Origin: Thermoproteota archaeon
GTDB taxonomy: Archaea; Korarchaeota; Korarchaeia; Korarchaeales; Korarchaeaceae
DNA: 33,984 nt
NCBI GenBank assembly: GCA_015521385.1
Contig: WAOH01000166.1
Location: 1-33,984 of the forward strand
Direction of reading: 5' to 3'
In this document: piece after piece, positions 19,166-27,192 of the stretch
Numbering within the stretch: position 1 is the stretch's first letter
Layout: each line of letters begins with the position of its first letter
Position numbers and translations under genes: made by a program
The notes under the pieces: model-generated
Told to the model about the DNA's origin: nothing
Seen by the model: only the letters and a program-made list of their open reading frames with translations
Database searches by the model: none

Positions 19166-19226
19166 ATGCACACCTCCGGAAGGAGGGGGGAGGCATTAAT
19201 AATATCATCCTCTCCACATATGAGCT

Positions 19227-19286
19227 GGGGGGATGATGTAAACGGGCCCTCTGATAGGTGAAGACGATCTTGAGTTCTGACTCCCC
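19227..19286 (+). ncRNA. Box C/D methylation guide sRNA
   Basis: Terminal stem GGGGGG/CTCCCC; box C ATGATGT 19233-39; 11-nt guide; D' CTGA 19251-54; C' GTGAAGA 19258-64; 12-nt guide; D CTGA 19277-80. Intergenic, with TTAATAA about 30 nt upstream. Confidence 0.85.
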
Positions 19287-19338
19287 TTGGAGAAACCCCC
19301 CATCGCCATTAAACGTCTCCCCGTTTAGGAAGGGATGA

Positions 19339-19352
19339 AAAACTTTATTTAA
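19339..19352 (+). promoter_or_regulatory. BRE/TATA promoter of tRNA-Val(GAC)
   Basis: Purine run followed by TTTATTTAA, about 20-30 nt upstream of the tRNA 5' end. Confidence 0.6.
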
Positions 19353-19372
19353 GGGACCTCCCACACCACAAG

Positions 19373-19448
19373 GGGCCGGTGGTCTAGCGGCTATGACGCC
19401 GCCTTGACGAGGCGGAGGTCGGGGGTTCGAGTCCCCCCCGGCCCACCA
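19373..19448 (+). tRNA. tRNA-Val(GAC), CCA encoded, no intron
   Basis: Acceptor stem GGGCCGG/CCGGCCC, anticodon arm CCGCC-TTGACGA-GGCGG, T loop TTCGAGT. Confidence 0.96.
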
Positions 19449-19470
19449 ACTGGGAAAGAGGGACGTGAAT

Positions 19471-19752
19471 ATGGCTAGGTACTCGGTTTCTAGGCTGGCT
19501 GGTAAACCCATAATAACGGACAAGGGACTCATGCTAGGGGAAGTCACCGATCTAGTTGTTGACGAGATAACTGGCAAGATGATCTCCTTGGTGGTGAGGA
19601 GCAGTAGGGGCGCTGCTGATGCCTTACTGCAGAAGCTGAAGAAGGATAGAAAGGGAAATGTCCTGATTCCATACTCCACGGTGAAGTACATAAGGGAAAT
19701 GATCGTCGTGGACGAGCGCCTCCTGAAAGTCTACATAGCCACTAAGGGTTGA
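19471..19752 (+). CDS. PRC-barrel domain protein (CdpB-like)
   Basis: LAGKPIITDKGLMLGEVTDLVVDEITGKM..VLIPYSTVKYI..IVV is the PRC-barrel pattern. Confidence 0.85.
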   Translation: MARYSVSRLAGKPIITDKGLMLGEVTDLVVDEITGKMISLVVRSSRGAADALLQKLKKDRKGNVLIPYSTVKYIREMIVVDERLLKVYIATKG

Positions 19753-19957
19753 AGGAGACGGCCTCCACGAGGTAGGATCTCAACTCCTCAGTGAGCAGGG
19801 TAAGCACAGCCCTGACCTTGAGGATCCCAGGGACATCCTCCTCATTCCACTCATGCAAATCCATCTCCTTACCCATCAGATTCAGCAATTCCTCGACCTC
19901 CTCAATTAAATCCTCAAGATCCAGGGAACTTGGGTCTGGGAGAGAATTCCTAGCCAT
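19742..19957 (-). CDS. Small acidic hypothetical protein (start uncertain)
   Basis: 3' part of the track ORF (MARNSLPDP..LEDLIEEVEELL..); fills the gap between the PRC gene and rpo8. Confidence 0.5.
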   Translation of the reverse strand: MARNSLPDPSSLDLEDLIEEVEELLNLMGKEMDLHEWNEEDVPGILKVRAVLTLLTEELRSYLVEAVSFNP

Positions 19958-20071
19958 GGTTCTTATCTCCACATTCCTCTCTAGTATTCGTGTAAGCAAT
20001 GTCACTCCCCTCTTGGATGGGGGGAGATGTTTTATTACGGAGAGGCTCAGCAATGGGGAGGTGAAAGTTTG

Positions 20072-20407
20072 ATGGGAATAGAGGCCACCTTGGAGACCTT
20101 GGAAAGGGATCCCGTGTTTGACATAGATGTGGCCAAGTTCAAATCCAAAGACGGGTCCGTAATTTTCACACTGGAACTCCCCAAGGATTTGGTCAAACTG
20201 AAGAAGGGATCGAGGGTCCAACTGGATCTAGGTGAGGAATCCGACGGGGACCTAGTTATGAAGGGCGTGGTGTATAAGGTAGATGATGGCGAAAAGAGGA
20301 TAGAGATCTCATTTCACGGCCTCTGGCTCAGGATGTCCTACAAGAAGAACCCGTTCGAGTTGGAGGAGGGTAAGGAGGTATACTTGGTGATGAAGTTCCT
20401 CAAGTAA
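20072..20407 (+). CDS. rpo8: RNA polymerase subunit Rpo8 (RpoG, RPB8 orthologue)
   Basis: DLVMKGVVYKV, ISFHGLWLRM and EVYLVMK match the RPB8 motifs YVMxGxVY, SxGGLLMRL and VYLLM; strong GGAGGTGA SD. Confidence 0.8.
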   Translation: MGIEATLETLERDPVFDIDVAKFKSKDGSVIFTLELPKDLVKLKKGSRVQLDLGEESDGDLVMKGVVYKVDDGEKRIEISFHGLWLRMSYKKNPFELEEGKEVYLVMKFLK

Positions 20408-20491
20408 AAATACTGCACACATTTACGAAAATTTTATTTAATATACACGCGAGAAATGATTAAAATGATGTAGCTTTTACACTAATAATGT

Positions 20492-21223
20492 ATGAGGAGA
20501 TGCCCTCTATGTGGATCCGCACTCCGTGACGAGGGAGGACTGCTGGTATGCGATAATTGCGGATTCATAGCAGATGAGGACCTGATACCCAACCCATTCG
20601 ACCGCGGCGATTCTCCGATAGTCAGCAGGAGCAGGTCACTGGAGAATCTAGCTAGAGAGCTCGGCCTCGCGGGCGAGGTGGTCGAACTCGCCGAAGAACT
20701 CATAAGGGCGCACAACTCCCTTTACGGCAGGATTCACACCCAATCGATCCTCCTAGCAGCTTTGATAGTGGCTAGTAGGTTATATGGATCGCCTATCCCC
20801 ATAAAAGAGGCAATAAAGCGGCTATCCGCGGGAGTATCTCCCTCGAGAGTGGCCTTCTACGTAGGAAGGATCGAGGGGCTGATACCTAGGAGGAACATCC
20901 CTTGGGAGGGCTACATAAACTACCTGATAGCCAAGATATCCAGAGACGAGGAGTTCATGAGGAGGTTAGAGAGGTCGTCAGGTAAGTTGGATCCGAGGCT
21001 TCTCTTGGAGAGACTCAGAGTGAGAGCGCTGAAGGAGATGAAGGAGCTGCGGGACAAAAAGAGATCGGTTCTCATCGGGAGAAATCCGGTTTACATAGCC
21101 GCTGCGGTCGTCTATCTGGCTGGCAAGAAGATAGGAATGAGGGACTTATCTCAAGGGTTCCTCGCAGACCTGCTAGGAGCTAATAGATCGACTATCTCTA
21201 AGGTCCTTGGTCTGGTGAGATGA
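20492..21223 (+). CDS. Divergent TFIIB/TFB paralogue
   Basis: Zinc ribbon CPLC..VCDNCG, two cyclin-like repeats (LAALIVASR; GRNPVYIAAAVVYLA) and a terminal HTH (SQGFLADLLGANRSTIS); very short linker. Confidence 0.8.
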   Translation: MRRCPLCGSALRDEGGLLVCDNCGFIADEDLIPNPFDRGDSPIVSRSRSLENLARELGLAGEVVELAEELIRAHNSLYGRIHTQSILLAALIVASRLYGSPIPIKEAIKRLSAGVSPSRVAFYVGRIEGLIPRRNIPWEGYINYLIAKISRDEEFMRRLERSSGKLDPRLLLERLRVRALKEMKELRDKKRSVLIGRNPVYIAAAVVYLAGKKIGMRDLSQGFLADLLGANRSTISKVLGLVR

Positions 21224-21363
21224 TGGAGGACAGATTGGAGCTTGAGTCCATAGAACGCCAGATAGAATACCTGTTCTTCAAGTTAGATGATATAATCTCC
21301 AGAATACGCGACATAGAATCTAGGCTGGACTCGCTTGAGAGGAGACTATCCCATGAGGGCTGA
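21220..21363 (+). CDS. 47-aa coiled-coil peptide (not in ORF track)
   Basis: MMEDRLELESIERQIEYLFFKLDDIISRIRDIESRLDSLERRLSHEG; heptad pattern. ATGA overlap with the TFB stop, and its own stop overlaps the next gene's start region. Confidence 0.75.
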   Translation: MMEDRLELESIERQIEYLFFKLDDIISRIRDIESRLDSLERRLSHEG

Positions 21364-23077
21364 TAAGGGAGATCCCCTCATCATCGCGGTTCTCATCCTA
21401 CTAGCGAGCCTTTGGGTGTATAAAAGGGGGGGCCAGATCCTATCTACACTACTAGGTACCTTGGCCCTATCCATATACAAATACTCGATCCTACCGCTCG
21501 TGATCATCCCCGTGATAGTGATAATGGCGATCCTGAAGCTTAGGAGGGGCGGGAGAGGCAGCCCATCCATCAAAGCGGCCCTCGTAAGCACGAACAGGGG
21601 GACATTCCTAGTAACCCCCCTGAGGATAGAGATCAAGGGAAGCGAGTCTCAGCTCGATTTCAGCTCGCTGAGTGGCATGCTCGAGGATCTGGGGGTGGGA
21701 ATCACACTCATCATCAATAGATGGCCGGGGAGGACCTTCCTATCTTGGAGGCAGGAGGGCAGCTTATTCGTGAGCGGATTGATGTGGAAGAAGCTGGGGA
21801 ATATAGAGGAGACGCAGAGCATGATAAAAGCCGCCATATCAGCGCTCAACAGTTCTATAGATGGAATAAAGGTGGAGATCGATCAGAAAGGTAAGTTGGA
21901 TCCCGAACTGTTCTCTGAGATAATGAGTCTGGGTCACGAGGGTGAGAACCTCACTCTCAAGGTAGGAAGAGAAGAGAGGGGAGACATCCCCGTGATCGAG
22001 CTAGGAGAGAGCGCTGGCAGACCCTTCGGCCTATCCCTAAAGGACCTCACCAGACATGTCCTTATAATCGGACAGACGGGATCTGGCAAAACCACGACCA
22101 CCAAGAGGATAGTTTACGAGGCTTGGAACCTCGGTATACCCTCTCTAATCTTAGACATACACTGGGAGTACAAGGGATTCGTGTTCCAGTTGGGCGGCAG
22201 GATCTTCTCGACCAAGGGTGAGATGCCCCTAATGTGCATAAACCCTCTAGCCGATCTGCAAGATGCGGGATCCGCATTTCTAATTGCTGAGACCCTCTCC
22301 TCCATTCTGGACCTTACTCCCTCTCAGTTCTACCTCCTGAACCAGGCGCTCAGGAGGTTGAGGGACCTCTCCATGGGGGACGTGGAACCCAGTCTCAGGG
22401 ACCTCGTGGAGATGGTGCGGTCCCTAGAACCAGCGTCCCATGCTGAGGAAGAGAGTAAGGCATCGCTATTGAGGAAGATGGAGCCTTTAATTAGCTCACC
22501 GGGCGCTAGGATCTTCGAATGCGACAATCTAGACGAGAAGATAATAGGGGAAAGCATTTCCCTCGTAGAAATGGGTGATGTGGAGAGCGACATACTAAGG
22601 CAGATCGCTGTCTTCTTCATATTGAGGAGGATCAAGGACCTGTTCACGAGGGAGGAGAGGAAATCCGATCATCCCAAGTTGATGGTGATCATCGAGGAGG
22701 CCGAGAAACTCCTCCCCAGTTATAGGGACGTAACCGGCATGGACATAATCGACAGGTTGTTCTCCGAGCTCAGGAAGTTCGGTGTCTCCTTGGTGCTCGT
22801 ATCTCAGAACGTCTCCCAAATACCCGAGGGGATCGTTAGGAACGCCGGAACCAAGATAATTCACAGGATAGACTCCCCATCGGATGTGAAGGAGATCAAA
22901 CCCCTGATCAGCGACCGGGAAGTGGTGGAGAGGGTGACCAGGTTATCAACGGGAGAATGCATCGTCACAACCCCGAGGTACATTAAGACCGTGAGGATCT
23001 CACCTCCCGAGGAGGAGGTGCTCGATCCCAAATCCATAGAGAGGGTGGTGTCTAGGGAGAGGTTCTACTTCCCGTGA
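21353..23077 (+). CDS. Membrane-anchored HerA/FtsK/VirB4-family ATPase
   Basis: N-terminal hydrophobic helices, RHVLIIGQTGSGKT, ILDIHWEY, MVIIEEAE, ELRKFGVSLVLVSQ. Confidence 0.85.
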   Translation: MRADKGDPLIIAVLILLASLWVYKRGGQILSTLLGTLALSIYKYSILPLVIIPVIVIMAILKLRRGGRGSPSIKAALVSTNRGTFLVTPLRIEIKGSESQLDFSSLSGMLEDLGVGITLIINRWPGRTFLSWRQEGSLFVSGLMWKKLGNIEETQSMIKAAISALNSSIDGIKVEIDQKGKLDPELFSEIMSLGHEGENLTLKVGREERGDIPVIELGESAGRPFGLSLKDLTRHVLIIGQTGSGKTTTTKRIVYEAWNLGIPSLILDIHWEYKGFVFQLGGRIFSTKGEMPLMCINPLADLQDAGSAFLIAETLSSILDLTPSQFYLLNQALRRLRDLSMGDVEPSLRDLVEMVRSLEPASHAEEESKASLLRKMEPLISSPGARIFECDNLDEKIIGESISLVEMGDVESDILRQIAVFFILRRIKDLFTREERKSDHPKLMVIIEEAEKLLPSYRDVTGMDIIDRLFSELRKFGVSLVLVSQNVSQIPEGIVRNAGTKIIHRIDSPSDVKEIKPLISDREVVERVTRLSTGECIVTTPRYIKTVRISPPEEEVLDPKSIERVVSRERFYFP

Positions 23078-23676
23078 GCATCGCGGGCGAGGCGTTCCAG
23101 TATGGACATGAAGTCCTCCGTCCAATCGAATCGTCTACTGATTTCCCTACCTTCTAGCTTCATCAGGATATGCTCGATCTCCCTGTCGAGACCGCCGCCA
23201 CAACCGTCAACCTGAATAATCCTATCCCAATCAGCTATCTCCAAGGCGTCCTGCAATGGACCATCTATCGCCTCGTACTCGACGTTCTCCCTGATCTTGA
23301 GGTGTTTGTAGCCCCTAGATCTCAGCCTCTCTAGGAGGATCGAGGGCTTGCATCTCACAACCACAACCAAAATCACATCACTGGGGGGGATCGCATAGGG
23401 GGATATCGTCTCTACGACCAGACATCCCTCTCGCTCTAGTATCCTGGAGATTTCCCTCCGAATGCTGTCCTCATCCAGAATTAATGTATCTCTCTCCTCA
23501 TCCTTCCCTAAAACGTACCCTCTCTCCTTGGCCAAATCGCCCACGTTAATGTGAGGGCACCCCATCACCTCAGCCAACCTTCTGCATAAGGTGCTCTTGC
23601 CTGAGGCGGGTGCCCCTAGGACCACTATCAGGCCCGATGGTCTGGAGCGGGGGCCAGAAACATTTATATTTCCCAT
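23065..23676 (-). CDS. Adenylate kinase AK6/Fap7 family
   Basis: GAPASGKST, LLERLRSRGY..KIRENVEYE; start uncertain. Confidence 0.85.
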   Translation of the reverse strand: MGNINVSGPRSRPSGLIVVLGAPASGKSTLCRRLAEVMGCPHINVGDLAKERGYVLGKDEERDTLILDEDSIRREISRILEREGCLVVETISPYAIPPSDVILVVVVRCKPSILLERLRSRGYKHLKIRENVEYEAIDGPLQDALEIADWDRIIQVDGCGGGLDREIEHILMKLEGREISRRFDWTEDFMSILERLARDAHGK

Positions 23677-23695
23677 ACGCATCCCTTGGCCATGG

Positions 23696-23773
23696 GCTCC
23701 GGTGGTGTAGCCCGGTCAAGCATAGGGGCCTCTCGAGCCCCAGACCCGGGTTCAAATCCCGGCCGGAGCACCA
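23696..23773 (+). tRNA. tRNA-Glu(CTC), CCA encoded, no intron
   Basis: Acceptor stem GCTCCGG/CCGGAGC, anticodon arm GGGGC-CTCTCGA-GCCCC, T loop TTCAAAT. Confidence 0.96.
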
Positions 23774-23789
23774 TTCTCCTCTTATTTCC

Positions 23790-24179
23790 CTAGTACGGAA
23801 GTTCCCCGAACATGGAGGTTATCGGGTGGAATTCAGCAACGCCTACCAATACCGACCATATTACGTAGGCCGTGAGGGCCGCTACTATGAGGCGAACCGG
23901 CTGCTTATTGTAGGCAGGTATCAGCAGGAAGAGGGCCTGGATCATGACAAGCACTAGGTAGAAATTCCCCATTATCACATCATAGGGCTGCATCCATACG
24001 ATCATCACCCACACTCCCAATTCCGCTATGAAAAGGGCGACGGGAAAGGTGAAGACAGCGAAGAGCACGCCATACACAGCCTCCACCAGTATTTTCTTGA
24101 GGGCAGGAGGTAATCCCCTCCTCCTTCTCCTAGAGATGGTGGTTCTACCCCTTCGCCAACTTCTAGAGGACCTTAACAT
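23790..24179 (-). CDS. Hypothetical membrane protein
   Basis: Arg-rich N-terminus followed by about 3 hydrophobic helices; 4 nt downstream of pyrH. Confidence 0.7.
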   Translation of the reverse strand: MLRSSRSWRRGRTTISRRRRRGLPPALKKILVEAVYGVLFAVFTFPVALFIAELGVWVMIVWMQPYDVIMGNFYLVLVMIQALFLLIPAYNKQPVRLIVAALTAYVIWSVLVGVAEFHPITSMFGELPY

Positions 24180-24183
24180 GAGA

Positions 24184-24873
24184 TCACCTCGGTCTGATCA
24201 GGCTCCCTGCCTTCTTACCACTCATTAGATCAAGTAGAGCCTCCGGCTCATCCCCACTTAAAATTATCGTTGAGATAGACGATCTCTTCAGTATTTTGAT
24301 TGACAATGCGTCGAGGAGCTCGTACCTGCCTGGGTGATACAGCTTATCCCTCAGGATGTGCTCCAAATCCTCATAAGATAGCTCCTCTATTTTCCTAGCG
24401 TCCGGATGACGCGTGGGATCCTTATCGTAAACGCCGTCTACCCCCGTCATCTTCACTAACAGCTTCAGCCCAAGCCTCTCAGTCATCAGGGCCGCAACTG
24501 CATCTGTAGACTGTCCCGGCTGCATTCCCCCAGAGACCGGTATCTTACCCAGCTGGAACGCCAGAACGGCGTCGTTGTAATCCTCTATCACCTTGGGAAA
24601 GGCGTTCTCACCCAGAGCTGCTATCATTACCGTGGCGTGAAGTCTAGTAGCGAGTATCCCGGCCCAGTCTTGGAGGAATTTACTTCCACCAACCGATCCA
24701 ACGGCCTCTATGTACCTCCTAGCTGTATCGCTTCCGCCCGTAACTATGGCCAGCTTCCTGTCCTTGGAGAGGTCCTTCACCACCTTGGCAGTTCTCTCAA
24801 TTAGGGAGAAATCTCCCTCAAGGATTCCCCTGAATACGTACCCACCCAGAAGCAGGACGAATCCGTCAGCCAT
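24184..24873 (-). CDS. pyrH: UMP kinase (archaeal type)
   Basis: GILATRLHA, GGMQPGQSTDAVAA, VDGVYDKDP, PGRYELLD. Confidence 0.88.
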   Translation of the reverse strand: MADGFVLLLGGYVFRGILEGDFSLIERTAKVVKDLSKDRKLAIVTGGSDTARRYIEAVGSVGGSKFLQDWAGILATRLHATVMIAALGENAFPKVIEDYNDAVLAFQLGKIPVSGGMQPGQSTDAVAALMTERLGLKLLVKMTGVDGVYDKDPTRHPDARKIEELSYEDLEHILRDKLYHPGRYELLDALSIKILKRSSISTIILSGDEPEALLDLMSGKKAGSLIRPR

Positions 24874-24882
24874 GCAATCACC

Positions 24883-25869
24883 TTAGTAGAACCTTATCGC
24901 ACGATCCAGCCTAGACAGGAGCACTATCCTGCTCTCGGGGGATTCATCCAGTATATTGTAGCCGGTGAGTTCCGCTATCCTAACAGCGAAGGCCCTAACT
25001 TCCTCGTGGGTAGGCATGTTCTCCCTTCCCAATCTCCTCCTAGAGTAACCCACCCACATGTATGCCTTGGGTTCCACGTAGGTGGGCTGAGATTCCCTTA
25101 TCAGGCGGGAGAATTCCTCTATCACCCTATCGCTCATATTAAATCCCTTAATCAGGGGTATCCTCATCACCGTGGGAGACGAGAAGGATTGCAGCATCTC
25201 GAGAGTCCTCTGAAGTCTTGACCAAGCGTCGGGCCACAACGGGCGAGTTATCTCCATATACAATTTCTCGTTCGGAGCGGGAACGGTGACGTAAAGCTGG
25301 GTGGGTTCCCTTTCCAGGCTTTCCAGTCTCTCCGGGAGGGTACCATTTGTAACGATGAAGGTCGTCATCCCCCGCTTCGCGTAAGCATCCACCAGCCCCC
25401 CTATATGGGGATAGAGGGTCGGCTCACCCGTGAGGGAGATGGCAGCGTGTTTCGGTTCCTCTGCCTCGTACACCCACTCCTTCCTGTACACCTTCACCCC
25501 CTTATACCCCTGAACTATCATCCTCTGCAACCTGATGCTCTCCTCTGCTATGTCCTCCGGGTCGTCCCACCTAGCACCCTCCTCTGGAACTTCCTTCCAC
25601 CTGAACTCAGCAGGAACGTCGCTTACATTCAGCCTCCAGCAGTACAGACACTGCAAGTTGCAGAAGGAAGCGGTTGGGGTCATCTGCAGGCATCTCCACG
25701 AGGGGATCCCGTAGAACTTATGCTTGTAGCAGGTTCTCCCCTCCATCAGAGCTTTTCTGAACCAGTAACAGGGTTTCATGGCTGAATGATTCAGAATTAT
25801 CTTGTATCCCTGCTTCTCCATGAGTTTCCTAACGTGATCGGGTATCCTGACGAGACCGGTGGATAACAT
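24883..25869 (-). CDS. twy1: 4-demethylwyosine synthase TYW1/Taw1 (radical SAM)
   Basis: HSAMKPCYW, CYKHKFYGI, CLQMTP, CNLQCLYCWR, HAAISLTGEP, EPKAYMWVGYSR. Confidence 0.95.
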   Translation of the reverse strand: MLSTGLVRIPDHVRKLMEKQGYKIILNHSAMKPCYWFRKALMEGRTCYKHKFYGIPSWRCLQMTPTASFCNLQCLYCWRLNVSDVPAEFRWKEVPEEGARWDDPEDIAEESIRLQRMIVQGYKGVKVYRKEWVYEAEEPKHAAISLTGEPTLYPHIGGLVDAYAKRGMTTFIVTNGTLPERLESLEREPTQLYVTVPAPNEKLYMEITRPLWPDAWSRLQRTLEMLQSFSSPTVMRIPLIKGFNMSDRVIEEFSRLIRESQPTYVEPKAYMWVGYSRRRLGRENMPTHEEVRAFAVRIAELTGYNILDESPESRIVLLSRLDRAIRFY

Positions 25870-25904
25870 CTTTATCCATGCTGAGACTGGGTTCCCGATA
25901 AATA

Positions 25905-26540
25905 ATGATTCGCCCGAGAATGGTGACCGAGCAGCTGAGGAAATCCCGACTTGAGCTGGAGAAGCTGGATATGCTCAGGGAGAAGGCCATAAAACTCTCA
26001 AGAAACTGGCTTACTAGATGCAGAGAGCTCATATCTAGGGCGAGAGGGATGAAGGATCTAGATGAAGTTGAGAAGGAATTGATCGAGATCATAGCGGAGA
26101 TCAAAGGTTTCCTATCGGAGTGCGAAGGGGAAATAGGGTACCTAGACCCGACCTTGAGGAACATAGTCTCCGACCCGATGCAGGAAGCAGTTGAGGGGAT
26201 AGTCCTCGCTAGGCTCCTCACTGGGAGGGAGGTCCCGTCCCATGAAGATCTGGGTGTGGGACCTAAGGAATACGTGCTTGGCGTCGGGGACTCCGTGGGG
26301 GAGCTCAGAAGGGTGGCCTTACACCTCCTTCTAGAAGGGAGGATTACGGAGGCCGAGCAGCTCGCTGCAGCTATGGAGGAGATATATGAGGGACTGAACC
26401 TAATGGTATTCCCCGACTCCTTGGTCCCGGTCAGGAGGAAGGCTGATGTAGCTAGATCCCTAGTTGAGAAGACGCTCTCCGAGATCCTCATGCTCAAGTC
26501 ATCGGGTGGTGGGAATGAGCAGGGACTTCAAGGAACTTGA
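25905..26540 (+). CDS. Translin/TRAX family (archaeal C3PO) protein
   Basis: REKAIKLSR, QEAVEG, YVLGVGDSVGELRR, RRKAD. Confidence 0.88.
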   Translation: MIRPRMVTEQLRKSRLELEKLDMLREKAIKLSRNWLTRCRELISRARGMKDLDEVEKELIEIIAEIKGFLSECEGEIGYLDPTLRNIVSDPMQEAVEGIVLARLLTGREVPSHEDLGVGPKEYVLGVGDSVGELRRVALHLLLEGRITEAEQLAAAMEEIYEGLNLMVFPDSLVPVRRKADVARSLVEKTLSEILMLKSSGGGNEQGLQGT

Positions 26541-27192
26541 TCCTTACACCTCACACTTGCTACTAGCGGTGATCCTTCTAGGCGGGTCGAAAAAGCCCGT
26601 AAGGGCTTCCGACCTATGTGAGTACCTCAATACATCTAGGGCGACTATATCGAGATGGATCTCCAGAGCGGAGGATTTGGGCTTTCTGAGGTCAACCATG
26701 GCCAGGAGGGTCCAGTACGTGATGGCCACACAAAAGGCCTTGGAACTGGTTAGAACCCTCTACGAGATGACACAGGGGATTAGCTGGGATGAGGAGGTGC
26801 TGATGGCAGAGGTTTTCTCGGGTATGAAGGAGGGGGCATACTACATGTCCAGACCGGGTTACGTGATGGGCTTCAAGGAGGTTCTGGGCTACATACCGTT
26901 CCCAGGCACGTTGAACCTCAGGGTGAGGGGGGAAGACGTCTCAAAGATCAGGGAGTGGAGGAGGAGGGTCAGACCCAAGATAGTTCCAGGATTTGTTGAA
27001 GCTGGCAGGACATTTGGGGATGTGGAGGTCCTTCCGGTGGCTCTTAACGGATCCGTTGAAGCACACGCGATATTCCCACTAAGGAGACACTACGGCGATG
27101 ATGTACTAGAGATAATACACCCTGAGAGCCTGAGAGTCAAGCTGAATGTTAAAGATGGAGATATAGTCGCTATCACCCTGAAGAAGTGGTAG
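26515..27192 (+). CDS. ribK: CTP-dependent riboflavin kinase with N-terminal wHTH (RbkR-type)
   Basis: HTH (LCEYLNTSRATISRW), SGMKEGAYYM, PFPGTLNL, RTFG, LEIIHPESLR. Confidence 0.9.
   Translation: MSRDFKELDPYTSHLLLAVILLGGSKKPVRASDLCEYLNTSRATISRWISRAEDLGFLRSTMARRVQYVMATQKALELVRTLYEMTQGISWDEEVLMAEVFSGMKEGAYYMSRPGYVMGFKEVLGYIPFPGTLNLRVRGEDVSKIREWRRRVRPKIVPGFVEAGRTFGDVEVLPVALNGSVEAHAIFPLRRHYGDDVLEIIHPESLRVKLNVKDGDIVAITLKKW

Noticed and set aside
19205-19309. 34-aa minus-strand ORF MAMGGFSKGSQ...
   Set aside because: It lies antisense to the well-formed C/D sRNA and has no protein-like features.
19083-19691. 202-aa minus-strand ORF in the track
   Set aside because: Shadow ORF across the PRC gene, tRNA-Val and the sRNA.
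20408-20491. Second C/D sRNA suggested by ATGATGT in the AT-rich gap
   Set aside because: No CTGA D or D' boxes follow; more likely promoter sequence.
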